A stretch of DNA of 64,000 nt from Tubiluchus corallicola (taxonomy: Eukaryota; Animalia; Priapulida): NCBI GenBank assembly GCA_030141605.1, contig JAQGDQ010000046.1, positions 682,001-746,000 of the forward strand, written 5' to 3'. Under the pieces are notes generated by a model, which saw only the letters and a program-made list of their open reading frames with translations, searched no databases and was not told the DNA's origin. A program made the translations under genes and the position numbers. Shown one piece after another: positions 1-13,014 of the stretch (the stretch's first letter is position 1; the number at the start of each line of letters is the position of its first letter).

Positions 1-235
1 AAAAAAATGTCTGTCGGAAAGTTGAGCTTATTTTATTACTTGAGAAAATGTTACAAAGTCTCAACAATAAAACAGTGAAAAGGACATCGTGTAATTAGTA
101 AAATGAATTTAAAGTCGGAATCACTTTACGCTTCAGCGCGCTCATTTTCCAGTTACCGCTTACACACTCATACCACTTGCAACATACACACTTATACCGC
201 TAGATACTTGAGCAAACATTTTCGTTAACTGTTAT

Positions 236-388
236 CGAATCCAGGAAAAATGTCTCAGACAAAAAAGACACAAAAAATATGAAAAAATGTCATAGGAAAA
301 AGGCACAGGAAAAAAGAAATAACCTTAACCCTGACCCTAACTCTAGCCTAAATTTGACTTTTTTCCTGTAACTTTATTACCGGTCACC
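236..388. mobile_element. Possible degenerate MITE with TAACCC-like core
   Basis: Repeated CAGGAAAAAA(G/T)GNCA units on the left mirror GACTTTTTTCCTGT on the right, flanking AACCTTAACCCTGACCCTAAC. Confidence 0.35.
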
Positions 389-2250
389 TACAAGAAATCC
401 AAAACGTTAAACGAGAGATTTTTAATTATATTTTTTACTTTTTGATGAATCATCTAATGAAAACCAACGATAATGTATTAAGCTCGGCTAAATAACGCCA
501 ACAACGTAACAGAATAATTATCTTGAAAAGTTAAACCTGAACTCTGTAAGCTAAATAACCCGCCAGTAACTGCTGTATGCTCGCAGCCTGGCAGAATTCC
601 ATGCTTATCTGTAAATTGACTATATGTAGTTGTAGTGCGTTGCTTATGCATTTTGAGATACAATCCTGTGAATGAAAACTGAGTAAACACTTTAACGTTG
701 ATGCTAATTGATCTGATGACTAATTTTTACATTTATAAACGCAGCTGAACACAAAGATTTGATCACCTAGAATAGGGAAATTTCGGAGTGAACAGCAAAA
801 GTTTTGTTATAGGCATGCCTTCGTGCTGTCCACCAGCTTTTTTCAAATATGCCCGCAGCGAGATTCATTTGGCGGGAGATATGACACTTATTAACAATTA
901 AAATTAATAATTATTAGCGCTTAGTTATACTTTTAATTTAAATTGTTCATTTAATTTAACGTATGCTATTAAAGTGAATTTTCTGCTGTGTAATTTTATC
1001 TATTTGAAATTATCTATTTAATTTGCTAATCATGCAGCTTGGACCATCATGGAAATATTGCGTGTATTATTGAACATCCATGTAAAAATAAATTTCTATT
1101 TCTATTTCTGCTTAAATGTTATTTTGCATTTTAAATATGGCATTTTATGCGGTAATTTCATTGGTAATTTGACTGGTAATTTCAATATTTCTAAGTGGTT
1201 ATTAAAAAGTTAAAATACAATAAGTGTTGGTTTTCTAATCTGCGTCATTCGACTGCATCCATTTAATATCATTTGTGGTTGTCAAAGACGTCAGCCTCAA
1301 AATCATTAGCTGTATTATGATAGTAGAATCGCATATACAAAATTTATGCAGAGTAAATTTATACATGTAGTCTAGCTCGTTTTAAAGATGGAAAACAATA
1401 AAAAACAATGATATTACACTTAACCGTTCTGTGAACTTAGCATGTTATGTAGGCTTCAGCACTTATTTTAGCAAACCAGCATCAGATAATTACCTGCAGC
1501 TAATTCGCACGCCCAGGTATATGTTACAATGAATAACTAATTGCCAGTCTAATGTAATTTTCGCAGGTAACGGGCAGAAGAGAAAAGGCTTTTCCACAGC
1601 TTCTAAGGCCTTCCATTGCTGCTGCGGCTCTCATTAACAAGATGCGGAAGCAAGTGACAAGCGAAATCTTATAATTAATGAATAAAACTAATTAATTTAC
1701 CAGCTTCTTTCTCTGCACATGGTCAACATATCAGATTTACTTCCTGTGAGAAGCTGCTGACTGATTACATTTGTAACAGTTCATATTGACGTGTTCCCAA
1801 ATGACTGCAGTCTCTATCATCCGTATGAATCCCTTCAGACCAACAATGTGATCGCTATAGAAGAGACTTATAAATCTATTGCAGGTCTTCCTAGAAACCA
1901 GAAACCTGTATACTAACTAGACCAACCATACAGATTTCAGTAGATGGGGGAATATATGGATGGACAGACGGACGAAGTAGCGAAGGTCTCAGAATTAAAT
2001 GATTTTCTTGCTTGATTTTGGCTTTCGGAAACATCACTAACATTACAAACTTATAAAGTTGATCCGTAGCCTTCTTGCTCAGTATGACAGCAGACACATA
2101 ACAGGCTCGGCCAAAAAGTTGCAAAATTATAACCTCAACGAGTAACAAAAAGAAACAGCAAATCCCAATTTTCATAAAATAATTTACATTTTTTCTGTTT
2201 CACTCAACGATGTTCCAATAATAATTAACTGCTAGAAAATTAACAGATGC

Positions 2251-2550
2251 AAATGAAAATAACAGCCAACACTCAACGATAAGAGGCGTTAGTCAGAGAA
2301 TGAAATGTGTTGGAGCAACATAGCTTTTTTCTGTGGTTTGGCTTTGTATCACATGGGCTGTAAGTTTACAATTTAGTATTTGCCTTGTTTGCTTCTCACA
2401 ATGTTGAAATTTGTAATTTTTATACACTGTATTTTATTTAGGTGGATTGTTGCCTGAACATGACTATAACTAGTCGAAACGTTTTACATGTTTACGTTTG
2501 AATAAAAATAATGTTTTTGCTTAAGTTGGTGCTGGCTGTTATTTTCATTT
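2251..2550 (+). mobile_element. Penelope-like remnant with inverted ends and degenerate minimal hammerhead motif
   Basis: 18-bp perfect inverted repeat AAATGAAAATAACAGCCA (2251-2268 / 2533-2550). CTGAACA-T-GACTA-TAAC-TAGTC-GAAAC at 2454-2480, then AATAAA at 2501. Confidence 0.5.
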
Positions 2551-2972
2551 TAAAAAATCGTTTTCCTGTCCAACAGAGGTAATTATAACAACACCACTAT
2601 AATCAATATTAAATAGAGTTCGGCGTGTGGTGAGGGATTTTTCTTAATAAGCTATGTGTGCCACTCGCGTGGTAATTGGCGTTTTTGGGTTATGGCACTA
2701 TTTTGGGTAAAAATTTCGCAAACCATCCGTTATTAAATTAGTTATACTTGCCTAGAACTGAAAGCCGTCCAAACTTAAATTAGTGGGGCCGATGGGCCGC
2801 CGGAGGAAAGTGGCCTCTCGCACTCCACAGACAACACCATGGAAAAGATTGACATGATCACAAGAATTCTAAAACCAGACCATGAAAAAAAATTGATGGC
2901 AACACATTATTTAACAGCTTTTTAGTAGCTTTAGTGGAGATTTTATTTTGGATATTTCACTGTAAAAACACA

Positions 2973-3089
<117 letters not shown>

Positions 3090-4797
3090 TTCTTAATAAG
3101 ATCTGCCTCCCCATAAAAGTCTATAGTTTGTTTTCACTAATTAATGATTATTCTACATGTCTATGTCACCACTCTCCCTAGTATAATCATACTCAGTATT
3201 TCATTCAGCAAACATTATCTCCACTTTTAAAGGTCATCTATATCATGTAACTGGGTGTGTTTATATAGCGTCAATGTTATGAAGGACAGCCATTATTAGG
3301 ACAGCCTCTCATCAAATTCTAATGTCAAGAAGCCTACCATATGTGTATATTATAAGCCCCAGAGAAGTTGAGACAACACTAAAAATAATTTAGGTCCAAG
3401 AAAGGATTAAAATATCTTCTACTAAATATCAGGCCGCTGGCAGTCATTTCAAGAAACGAGCGACGGCACAAATGTGAATAAATATAAGAGACTGAATAAA
3501 GAGTTGTGTACAAGATATCACAGCAAAATAAATATAAAGGCAAGTCATTATATATAGCCATTAACTGGCATCGCTGAAAAAGCCGAATACACTTCATTTA
3601 AAGTCGCTGTAAATATTTAAAGATAAACAATTCTTCTTTAGCAATACTTTAAGTACAGCACTACTAGTAATGACGTAACCAGAAGGGGAGTAGTAGTTCC
3701 ACAAAATTTTTCTGTGGTACGTACCATCCAACTTTTGTCAAAAACAGGAAGCACTAACACTTTTGACTTGCAGTTGGCAACCTTATTAAACTCTTCGGAT
3801 TCAACTTGGCCAAATAAATATGAATGAGTAACCGCGCTAAAACTACTACTTTTTGTAGTATGAGAAATCCATACAGTTAAGAATTTAGTAAACGCAATGG
3901 TTTTCGTTGCAAATAGAGAGAGGAAGGAGAAAGAAAGAACAAGAAGGAGCGAGATCGACAAAGCAAGAACGATTCTGTGTTTATAGAGTTCGACATTTAT
4001 CTCTTTGTGTAAACATGTGTTCATTTCCTACCCGTATTTAAAAGTTTAAAGCATAAACCTACAGAAAGCCACAGCATATGCGCGTGAAATTATTAAATCA
4101 TCACTCTTTAAATCAAAGAAAAATTGACTTCTTCAGTGCAACTTTAAAATTCAAAACAGTTTCGAATTATGGCAGGCGCATCTCAGAATTTAATTAGAAT
4201 CTTGTATAGTATTGCTAGTTGGACCAAACTATAGGCCTACAAAGTATAATGAGAAAAGTCTGGTATAATTACAGGTAGATGATTATGGCTTACAGTGCAG
4301 ATTACAATCGCCACTCTGTTTATAAACAATAAGTCACTACAATTCATAAAAATTCAGTTTTATATTTTATATAGAAATTGTTTTGACCAACAGACCGTCG
4401 AACATTTATTAATTATTATTATTATAGACTTACGAACGTATACAGCAATAGCAAATTTCATGATTCAAAACGTACGTCTGAAGTCAGATCCTTGGAACCG
4501 GACTTTTTTTATAGTTGCAACATAAAAATCGCGACGCACAAAAAATTCTTTACAGTCCCAATGTTTGTGCCTCGCAATATTATTTCTCAGCCAACAATAT
4601 TTTACACAAGCGTGCACGAAAATGCACAACAACAATAAATTTAAACGCGAACACTAACATGGCAGAAACATGGCAGCTATAAAATTGTTTGGTATATTTA
4701 CTAACAAGCTGCTGCAAAAATGAAGCAATTAAGGTGCGTTAATACGGTCGTGTGGTGAATGTGTAGAAGTCCGATCATAGCAATGCTTAGCAAACGC

Positions 4798-4914
4798 TGT
4801 TACAACTGATAATGTAAAGTCCCGATATTGTAATACAGAAAAAAATTAACGCATAATGTAATAAAAATCAACGCAAGATGTAATAATTAACCGGTAATGT
4901 AAAACATTGTAACA
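4798..4914. mobile_element. Possible small MITE
   Basis: TGTTACAA/TTGTAACA inverted ends with internal AACGCATAATGTAATA-like repeats. Confidence 0.3.
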
Positions 4915-5329
4915 CCACCGAAATGCACAACGTAATAACAAAAGATAATAAATGCGCTTTGCACTCAGAACTTGCACCGTGGAGATACCTGTATCAGACG
5001 CAGTCTGTTTTGTAAATCCACTATAAATAAATAAAGTTTAAACTAAGAGATAATAATTAAATAATAACAAACACAGAGCGATATTGCACTCACTAGAGTA
5101 ATTTGTAAGATATTTGATTTGATCATTTTAGATAAAGAAAAGCCGCATTAAATAATTCTGAACTGCAATTCGGATTTAAGCTTGATGCCTCTACAACACA
5201 GTGTACGTTTGTTATTTGTCTGAAGCTACAAATTACTATAATTCTACAAGAAGTAATGTTTACACTCTATTATTGTAAGTAAAAGCATTCGTTCGCGCAA
5301 ATTATTTTAAATTCCCCATTATTTTTAAT

Positions 5330-6250
5330 GTCACCACTTATGGTACGGTTATTAATATACATATCTACACCAATCAAACATTACAGGTCAAATGGGGCAG
5401 TGAGGCCAAGTGAATAATTTTGCATAAAAATGATGTGAAGCAAGCTGACGTTCTCTTGGCTGTTTTATTTGCATATATTGATAACTGATTTGACTGGTTT
5501 AAAAAGGGACTTAGACTGCTATATTGGAAGTTATTTTACAGGCTGTTTGGGATATGCTGATAATCTTACTCTTTTAGCCCCTTCTTTAAAAGGTTGTAAC
5601 TAATGGTCGAAATATGTGAAAAACAGCATAGCAAGACACCAAATTATTGTAAACGATGTTTTTCTATTAAATATTGTCGGCAGCTGTAAATTTAGGTCAT
5701 AATTTAAGTACAATTGATGCCGACAGTATGGTTTCTTATCCTATAGCCAAATTCTAGTCAAGTTTTAATATTCTGGAAGCTGATTTAGGCCAAATTCATT
5801 CCGAACTTACAATGTAAATTGTGTTGTAGTTTTGTTAATATTGTTAATATGTTAATTTGTTAATATTTGTTAATGTGTTGTGTTAATATTCCGACACTAA
5901 ACATACATAGTACAAACTACATAAAAACAATATAGATGAACAACAAATTACTAAAAAAGAAACAATTCTTGTGCTGCATAAAGAAATGCTCTTCGAATGA
6001 TATGGGGCCCATCTCCTAGAACACATTGTAGTATCATTGTTCTTTTTTTCTACTGCTTATTTTTAGAAAAAGTTTTAAATTAAGATTCATCAAATTTGCG
6101 AACCGTTTTGTTTTGTTTTAAATTATTGTGTTCCAATGATTAGTCACGTGGCTCACGCTGCTATTTGTAACCCGTTTTCGTGTTTTTGTAATAATGATGC
6201 ACAAATATTGTGCTCAGAAATAAGATTTGCGACTCACAATTTGACATCTC
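5330..6250 (+). mobile_element. Decayed non-LTR retrotransposon reverse transcriptase remnant
   Basis: 5511-5594 translates LDCYIGSYFTGCLGYADNLTLLAPSLKG (YADD box). Upstream are YTNQTLQVKW and VKQADVL; downstream are FNILEADLG and PRTHC...LRFIKF. Many stops and frameshifts. Confidence 0.8.
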
Positions 6251-8251
6251 TACTTACTGATTTTTTAAATGACTGATTTGACACATTAAAAAAATATAAA
6301 TCATTCAACTAAGAATAATTTATGCTTCCTAACATATTGAACGGCTGGCGGCGCCTCGCCACCTGAGGGTGGTTCGGGCCTGCCGGAATGGGGCGGAGTA
6401 GTCTGATAATTGTTTCCACATACTAGAGCCTAGCCACTAGTTGAAACAAATCAAAACTACAGGAAACTGAAAACCGGGAAAGCTCTCTAACCAAGATACT
6501 TAATGTATGCGTAAAATAAACACAAGTAAACCAAACCCCTAGCCTAACCTAACCTGTGTAACCTAACAATAAAGAAACTACTAATATTTGGATTGTTTTC
6601 AGGGCCTCAACTAATTGATTAAATTAACAAGATTCTCCAGAAACTCAAAAAGCATAACAGAGACATAGCCATAGAACTGTACATGATTATCTCCACGACC
6701 TGATTACCACTGTAGCTTCAAAGTACAGCAGGTGTGGAGCTTCCAAAACTAGTGTACATATCAAGATCAGAACCAAAATGAACCTGAATGATTAAAAGCA
6801 AAGGGTGTGTAAATTCTAGCCACTGAGAGTTGAGATATTTGCAGAAACCAGTTTAAGGTAATTCAGAAGGTTCCGATTTAATTCGGGGCAAAAGCTACTG
6901 GTATTTTTAGGGGTGACATGTAACATTAACGCTAGTTTGTATCCACAGCTATACTTTGAAATAAAAGATAGAGGTTGTTCAGAGTGGGCCGCCCAGACTA
7001 CAATATGGTACAATGTATTTTTTAGGCTCAGACGTTTGATATTGTAAACAGTACAATGTCACATTAAATAATAGAACTTTTAACTTTCCATATATCACTA
7101 ATTGGCACGTATAGTTTTCTAGTAAAATTTAACCACTAAGGAGTCTTTGCTTTGTACTGAGCTATCATATCTAGACTAACATAATTGGTCGTTGGCCTTC
7201 CAGACGTGTAAAGCATCCGTGGCTTCGCGTAACAAATAGGCTTCAACAAGTGAGACATCTGTTACAGCATGAAACTGTGCAAGGGGTCGCTTTGATTTCA
7301 AGCGAGATTGGCTGAATCATCGTGAATAGCTTTTAAACTGAGACGGCTGTATCTGTGTAGCACGTTTATGTTATTATGTATCTTAAGACCAGAGGAATAT
7401 GAAACGTATAGATGGCAGTTAATGACAAAATTTAGCAATTAAGAAGAAACTATGAATCTTTTATTATTTAATGTCTGCACTTCACTAATGCCTGTCAGTT
7501 GACATAAATTGGTTAGAAGAGCGCAACTTGAAAACTGTTAAGAAGACGGGTAATCTACTGTATTAATAAACTAGCAAAAGCTGGTGTATTTTTAAGGTAC
7601 AGGATTTTAGGGTTTATTTATTAGTTTTTATAATACTAGTGAAAAAAAACAGATGCTGATTGTTTGTCTATGGCAAAACAACCTTAGCACCAAAGCTGAT
7701 ATTTCACCCTACTGGCAAAGAGAAGCCGCGAGAATTTACGGGCTGTCTTTACACCTCCATGCAGCTGATTCGATAAACGCAGAACTAAGCGAAAATCAAC
7801 TGCTTCATTCTTCAACAGAAGCCGAATTGCGATCGCCTACGTCGTTTATCACGCCATTTAAAAAGCAATTCTAAAACTTTCTAATGGAATGAGTTTCAAG
7901 TTGCTAAAGGAAGGCAGTCTTTATGCCATTACCAGGCTGCTCTAATCGAAGCCTGTAAACTCGAGGGACGATGATTAGTTGGATTAGACGCTGTGGTTTG
8001 TACAAGTCACACACATGGTCAACACCAATAATAAGTGTCATAATAAGAGACCGATTATGGCAGCAGCCATTTACACGTGACAATTGTAATATGTCTTCAA
8101 TGTGAGCTTGAGACACCATTACAGTGCGAAATGTAAAGGAATCTTGAAAGAAGAAGTGGTGATATAAACGAACGAACGAAAACGAAGAGCAAAATAATGA
8201 CTACGATAATGACAATGATGATCATATGGTAAGGACAATGCAGCTACGAGC

Positions 8252-8348
<97 letters not shown>
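8252..8348. repeat. (ATG)n microsatellite within a degenerate GAT/GAC tract
   Basis: Perfect trinucleotide run; degenerate flanks span ~8190-8560. Confidence 0.97.
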
Positions 8349-11049
8349 AATGATAGTAACGGTAATGATGACAACGGCTAGCTATGGTTTGAAAGATACC
8401 CTAACATGTCAAATGTTAAATGAAAAACGAAAAATAAGAAGGCAATGACTGCGGCAAGAATAGTTATGATAACTGTGAAGACATGATGACGAGGATGCTA
8501 TAATGACGATGAATGCTGATGGCGACGACGACGAAGACGACGATGATAATACTGATAACAAATTGGACAAAAAACTGCATACGTTGTCATTAGTCACGTA
8601 ATTACAATTCTAACTGCAAATCAATTTTGCTTGGAATGAGAATATAGCAGGTCGTGTGTGTCCTTCTGAACGTTAGAAGTCTGATCGGACAAGCAAATAT
8701 GATGTAATCAATACGACGCTTCACAACATGCGATTTATAAGAAAAACGATTTCTAAATCAAAATCAGTTATCTCGAAATGATGATAGATGGTTTTATGGT
8801 AAACCAGATTGATTTTCAAATATGCATTCGACATATGCAATCGAATGGGGCTTAAAAACAAAAGAAGCACCCTTTAGTATGCAAAACATAAATCGTATAT
8901 TCAACGCTGCTAGCACATGCAAGAGCAACAAAGGGTCAGTCTGTATGACAATAACAGGAGAGATTGTTATCCAGAGAAATCACTGTTGGTAGAAGCTTCG
9001 CAGTAAGAATAATGAAAAAGTTAGCAACATAGATCAATTCATAAACTTCTGACATATGGATAGAAAAAATAAAACCGGGAGAGAAGACTGAGATCGATGG
9101 TTACGTCGACCATAGCAAAGGAAAACTCAAGTCGCACCCTTTCCTTGTTGTACCTCCACATTTCAATACGGTTCAAACGAAGCTATGACAGCGGAAACAG
9201 CCATTGTGATCAGATATATGCAGTAAAAGCAGCAAGTGGCACGCCATCACATGATCATATGAAATGCGAGCGTCTCGTCGCATTTCTCTCGCCGCCTTCT
9301 CACCTAAACGAATCGTATTTAATTTATACAGTAGCTGTTTTTATGTGGATGTCTACAAGAGCAATGATTCAGCCATTATTTCTCTAACATCTGAAAACCA
9401 ACACGCAACGGCATCGAAGTATGGAGTCTCGAACTAGTAGTTTGCGCTCTATCCGTTAAACCACTTGAGTAAGACTATGTACCAGGCGTTTTTCTACACC
9501 GATGTTATGCAGAATTAGTAAAATCAGCTTCTCGGGACTTGCAGAAAGTGGGGCTATATGTGGTAAACTACTACAATAACTTGTCTACACTTTAGCATAG
9601 CGAGTTTCATTTGGCCTCTATGAGGTTACACATTTTTCTATAAAAGTAGTGTCAAAACTAATATTTGTGCAGTACATTTAACAGCCAAAGTTTTTATCTA
9701 GTTTGCTGTGGCAATGAGTTTGATAAACTCGGCATTGATAAAAAAAACTTTCCACTTGTTTACTTACAGATGTATATTTTTTTCAAAATGTGCGGTTTTA
9801 ATAGCACAACTAAACCCTGTGGGTATCCATTACTGCCTGCTGGAATTCTTCAGATGGTTAAGTACTACTTGTTTTATGCTGCTTCTCTCTAATTGGGAGA
9901 ACAATTAATTCGCACAAAAACCTTAAACTCTGTTGGGATATCTGATTAATTTTGCTAAGTTTTTCGAGCCCGTTAGCTATTATTTCCGTATTACGGGTTT
10001 TGACAGTATTCGAAAAAGTTAGAAGACACAGATGTGTAACTGGATTTTAAGAATGTCTAAACGAAGGAAAAACAATAGCAATTTTGCAGTACAGACAAAA
10101 TAATGAAAATAACAGAAGCTTCCAGAAAACAACTGTGCTGAAATTATAGTATAGTAAAATTATGGTAAAGTATAGAACGTATATTTCATTTCACAGGTTG
10201 AAAACGCTTAGGTTTCGATGTTACTGATGCCTAGTCAACACGATCCTTCAAAAGAATGACGCTTAAAACGTTGAACTCTGTCCACACGATCAGTTTTCAT
10301 TAACAGTTAATTTGCACATAACTATTTGTTGAAGGGGTGTTTTCAAATTTCTCTTCATTTCTAAATAACGCCGAAATGGCTTGTATGAAAACGAGCTTTC
10401 ACATAATAAAACGAAGCCAAATAAAAAAGAATTTGGGCAATGAAATGAAATAAGAAACTATTATCAAATACTTCAGGAATTAAAGACAGAAACGGAAATC
10501 AATTTTTCAACACCAACTATGTTCGATTACTGGACACATTTTCAACTCTAAATAACGCAGACAGGGTAGGTTGTCAACTTGTCAAGGCATCATAGCAGGT
10601 TAGTCGTCGCAGTATAGGAGCAAATTCCTGTACATTTCACCGTACATGTCTATAAAGCTTACGTACAGTCACCCACTGATTTTTCTGCTTTCAGCACTTA
10701 CAAAATATATGTACCCGGTTTTGTTAAATAATTCATTGTTTTGAGTAACACCGCGTGGTTTAGCACCCGGGCTAAATGGGCTCTTCTAGCTGAATCTGCA
10801 GCGCGCATCATTGGCTGTTCATTCCGACAGACACTGATGAACATCAAGATGAGCTTGATACCTTCAAGGAGGAACCTCCATTGCCATTCAAATGTCAGTC
10901 ATTTTCGGCGTCCATGCTGTCATTTAACGCTGACAAATTCCAAGATTGGCAGTGTTTCGAATGGCCGTTGGGAATATACGTTTCTACTGATAAGGAGATG
11001 TTAGTTTCCTTTTGCTGGCGTGAAAACTACTCGACGAAAATCACCACTT

Positions 11050-11225
11050 AAATCCGTACGCGTGAGCCCCTCTTCCTGGCTACCTTCCTAGCGGCCGTTC
11101 TACACCCATCGAAGATTCATGAGCGTGTAGCCTCGCTTTGACAAACGTTTTTCTCAACACTTCAGTCATGCCTATGAACCTAGGCTTTCTTCTTACAAGC
11201 CAAGCCCTTTACCAACTCAGCCATC
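11050..11225 (-). mobile_element. Probable tRNA-derived SINE fragment
   Basis: The - strand reads GATGGCTGAGTTGGTAAAG (A box)...AGGTTCATAG (degenerate B box) with tRNA-like spacing and no complete cloverleaf. Confidence 0.4.
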
Positions 11226-12198
11226 TAAGAATCAACGAGATCTGCCCGGAATCCAATCGTTTTATGACAACACTTCTAATCTTGATCTGGCAACCGAGAC
11301 TTCTTGAGTGGGTAATAAAACTTATACGGAAAACAAAAAGATTATATCCCTACCTGACATTTGCCTGCTAACGTTGTTCCAGACCGGTAGATAAGATTGT
11401 TTACTAAAAAAATCACGTGATACTTTTTCAACATCGTGAAGATGCAAATAATTAAATGTTCGAGTTACTTTGTTAGGGGCTTCTTTAATCCTGCAGTGAC
11501 TTAATTGTTTATTCACTGGAAAATTATAAACATTAGAGATAAATGAGCTTCCAATATATCGAATTGGTAAATTTAGCGGTGCTTATCTGCTTATCACAAT
11601 AGGGAAACGCATTGAATTTCATTATAGTATATTACTTAAGCAAAGAAGCCGATGTCTGTATTGAATCTTGCGCTTGAAGTCTATAAAACAGTGAGCTGAT
11701 CTTGCTACACCGTAAGTTAAGCCACTCAGTCCCAGGGAAGATTGATAAATCAAAACATGTGGGTTCTCTGGAAAATGTTAAAGCAAAGGGAAGCCGTTCG
11801 AAGCAGCTAGACAACAGTATCGCACAGGATTAGGTCATAAAGTAGAAATCGTACGGATCATAGGCGGATCATAATCAGCATGATCGGTTTTCTTGGAGAG
11901 TTGCTTGCATTTCAACTATTTAAACTTAAATACAATATGTACTTTCAATGTACTGAAAATCAACATACGAATAAAATAAAACTTCATCGCGCATTACACA
12001 AACACCGTATATTTACAAGCCTGTCCAGGGAACTTAAAAAGTAACAGTTTGCAATGCGCCCCAATTGTTCTTATGGTGTATAAATATTTCGACACGTGAT
12101 ATTTTGTCACAAAACATTTGAACACAGCTAGCCTTGGCCATGTAGGCTATTTGGACACTGAGTGTTTGATGCATAAGGTAATATGGATACCACGACTG

Positions 12199-12433
12199 CA
12201 GGACCGGATTTTGATTTTGTTAGGCCCCAGTCCATAGCGACAATTAACAAAATCATGAATGTCTAATTTTCTCTATTTATTTCTATTTTTAAAGAGATAA
12301 TTCAGCATACTTCCACTCTCATTTCGCATTAACTTTTCACGGTAAATTAATTTTACTTAATCTCTGGAGGCCTCTCAGCTGGCAGAGGAACATGGGCTGC
12401 AGCCCATAAAGCCCATGCCTTAATCAAGCACTA
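12199..12433. mobile_element. Possible degenerate hAT-like MITE
   Basis: Ends CAGGACCGGATT / AATCAAGCACTA with internal GGGCTGCAGCCC..AGCCC motifs; no clear TSD. Confidence 0.35.
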
Positions 12434-12629
12434 GGACCTTAGGCGATTTGGCGAATAATAATATATAGGTACATATATACAATAATAATATTAATATTAA
12501 CAACAAAAATCTTTATTTAAAGTCAGCCTTTGGATCAACAATTAGCATAAGCTCGAAGAGCTTTTTGGTGACCGAAAATAACAATCCTACAACTACATAA
12601 CAGATAATTATTACCCCCGCATTTAGTTT

Positions 12630-12755
12630 AAATACTACACGTCAGGCAGGGCAATAGCAGGTACCATTGTAAAGTCTTTGGTATGACTCGGCCGTGAACT
12701 CACGACTTCCCAGATGGAAAGCAGCCGTGTTTCCATTACACTATGCGGTGCGGGG
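12630..12755 (-). mobile_element. tRNA-derived SINE fragment with Meta(MESC)-like core
   Basis: The - strand reads a tRNA-like head (TAGTGTAATGG...GTGAGTTC) followed by GGCCGAGTCATACCAAAGACTTTACAATGGTACC...CCCTGCCTG, resembling the MetaSINE central domain. Confidence 0.6.
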
Positions 12756-12933
12756 TAAGTAAAAAGACTTGAGCAATCTTGTACATATTTTACATACCTT
12801 AAATTTAGACTAGATTGAAATTTATAATCTGTATTAAATTAATTTCGCAAATTAACTACAAAACTTTCGTTTGTAGCTGCAGGGCGCTTTTTATTTTATT
12901 TATCAAAGTTTATTTGTATTACGTTTGTGTACA

Positions 12934-12934
<1 letters not shown>

Positions 12935-13013
<79 letters not shown>
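12935..13013. repeat. (TTA)n microsatellite
   Basis: Perfect run. Confidence 0.97.

Positions 13014-13014
<1 letters not shown>

Noticed and set aside
1700-1745. Small - strand exon candidate (cacag|GAAGTAAATC...GCTG|gtaaat) as the next exon of the giant-exon gene
   Set aside because: The phase-0 reading hits TGA, so it cannot directly follow the giant exon, and there is no other support.
6343-6400. Short GC-rich hairpin island (CCACC-TGAG-GGTGG) as a possible ribozyme or ncRNA
   Set aside because: I could not fit an HDV-like or hammerhead fold; it is more likely a repeat fragment.
9400-9470. tRNA-like A/B boxes on the - strand
   Set aside because: No intact cloverleaf; at best a decayed SINE head, not a tRNA gene.
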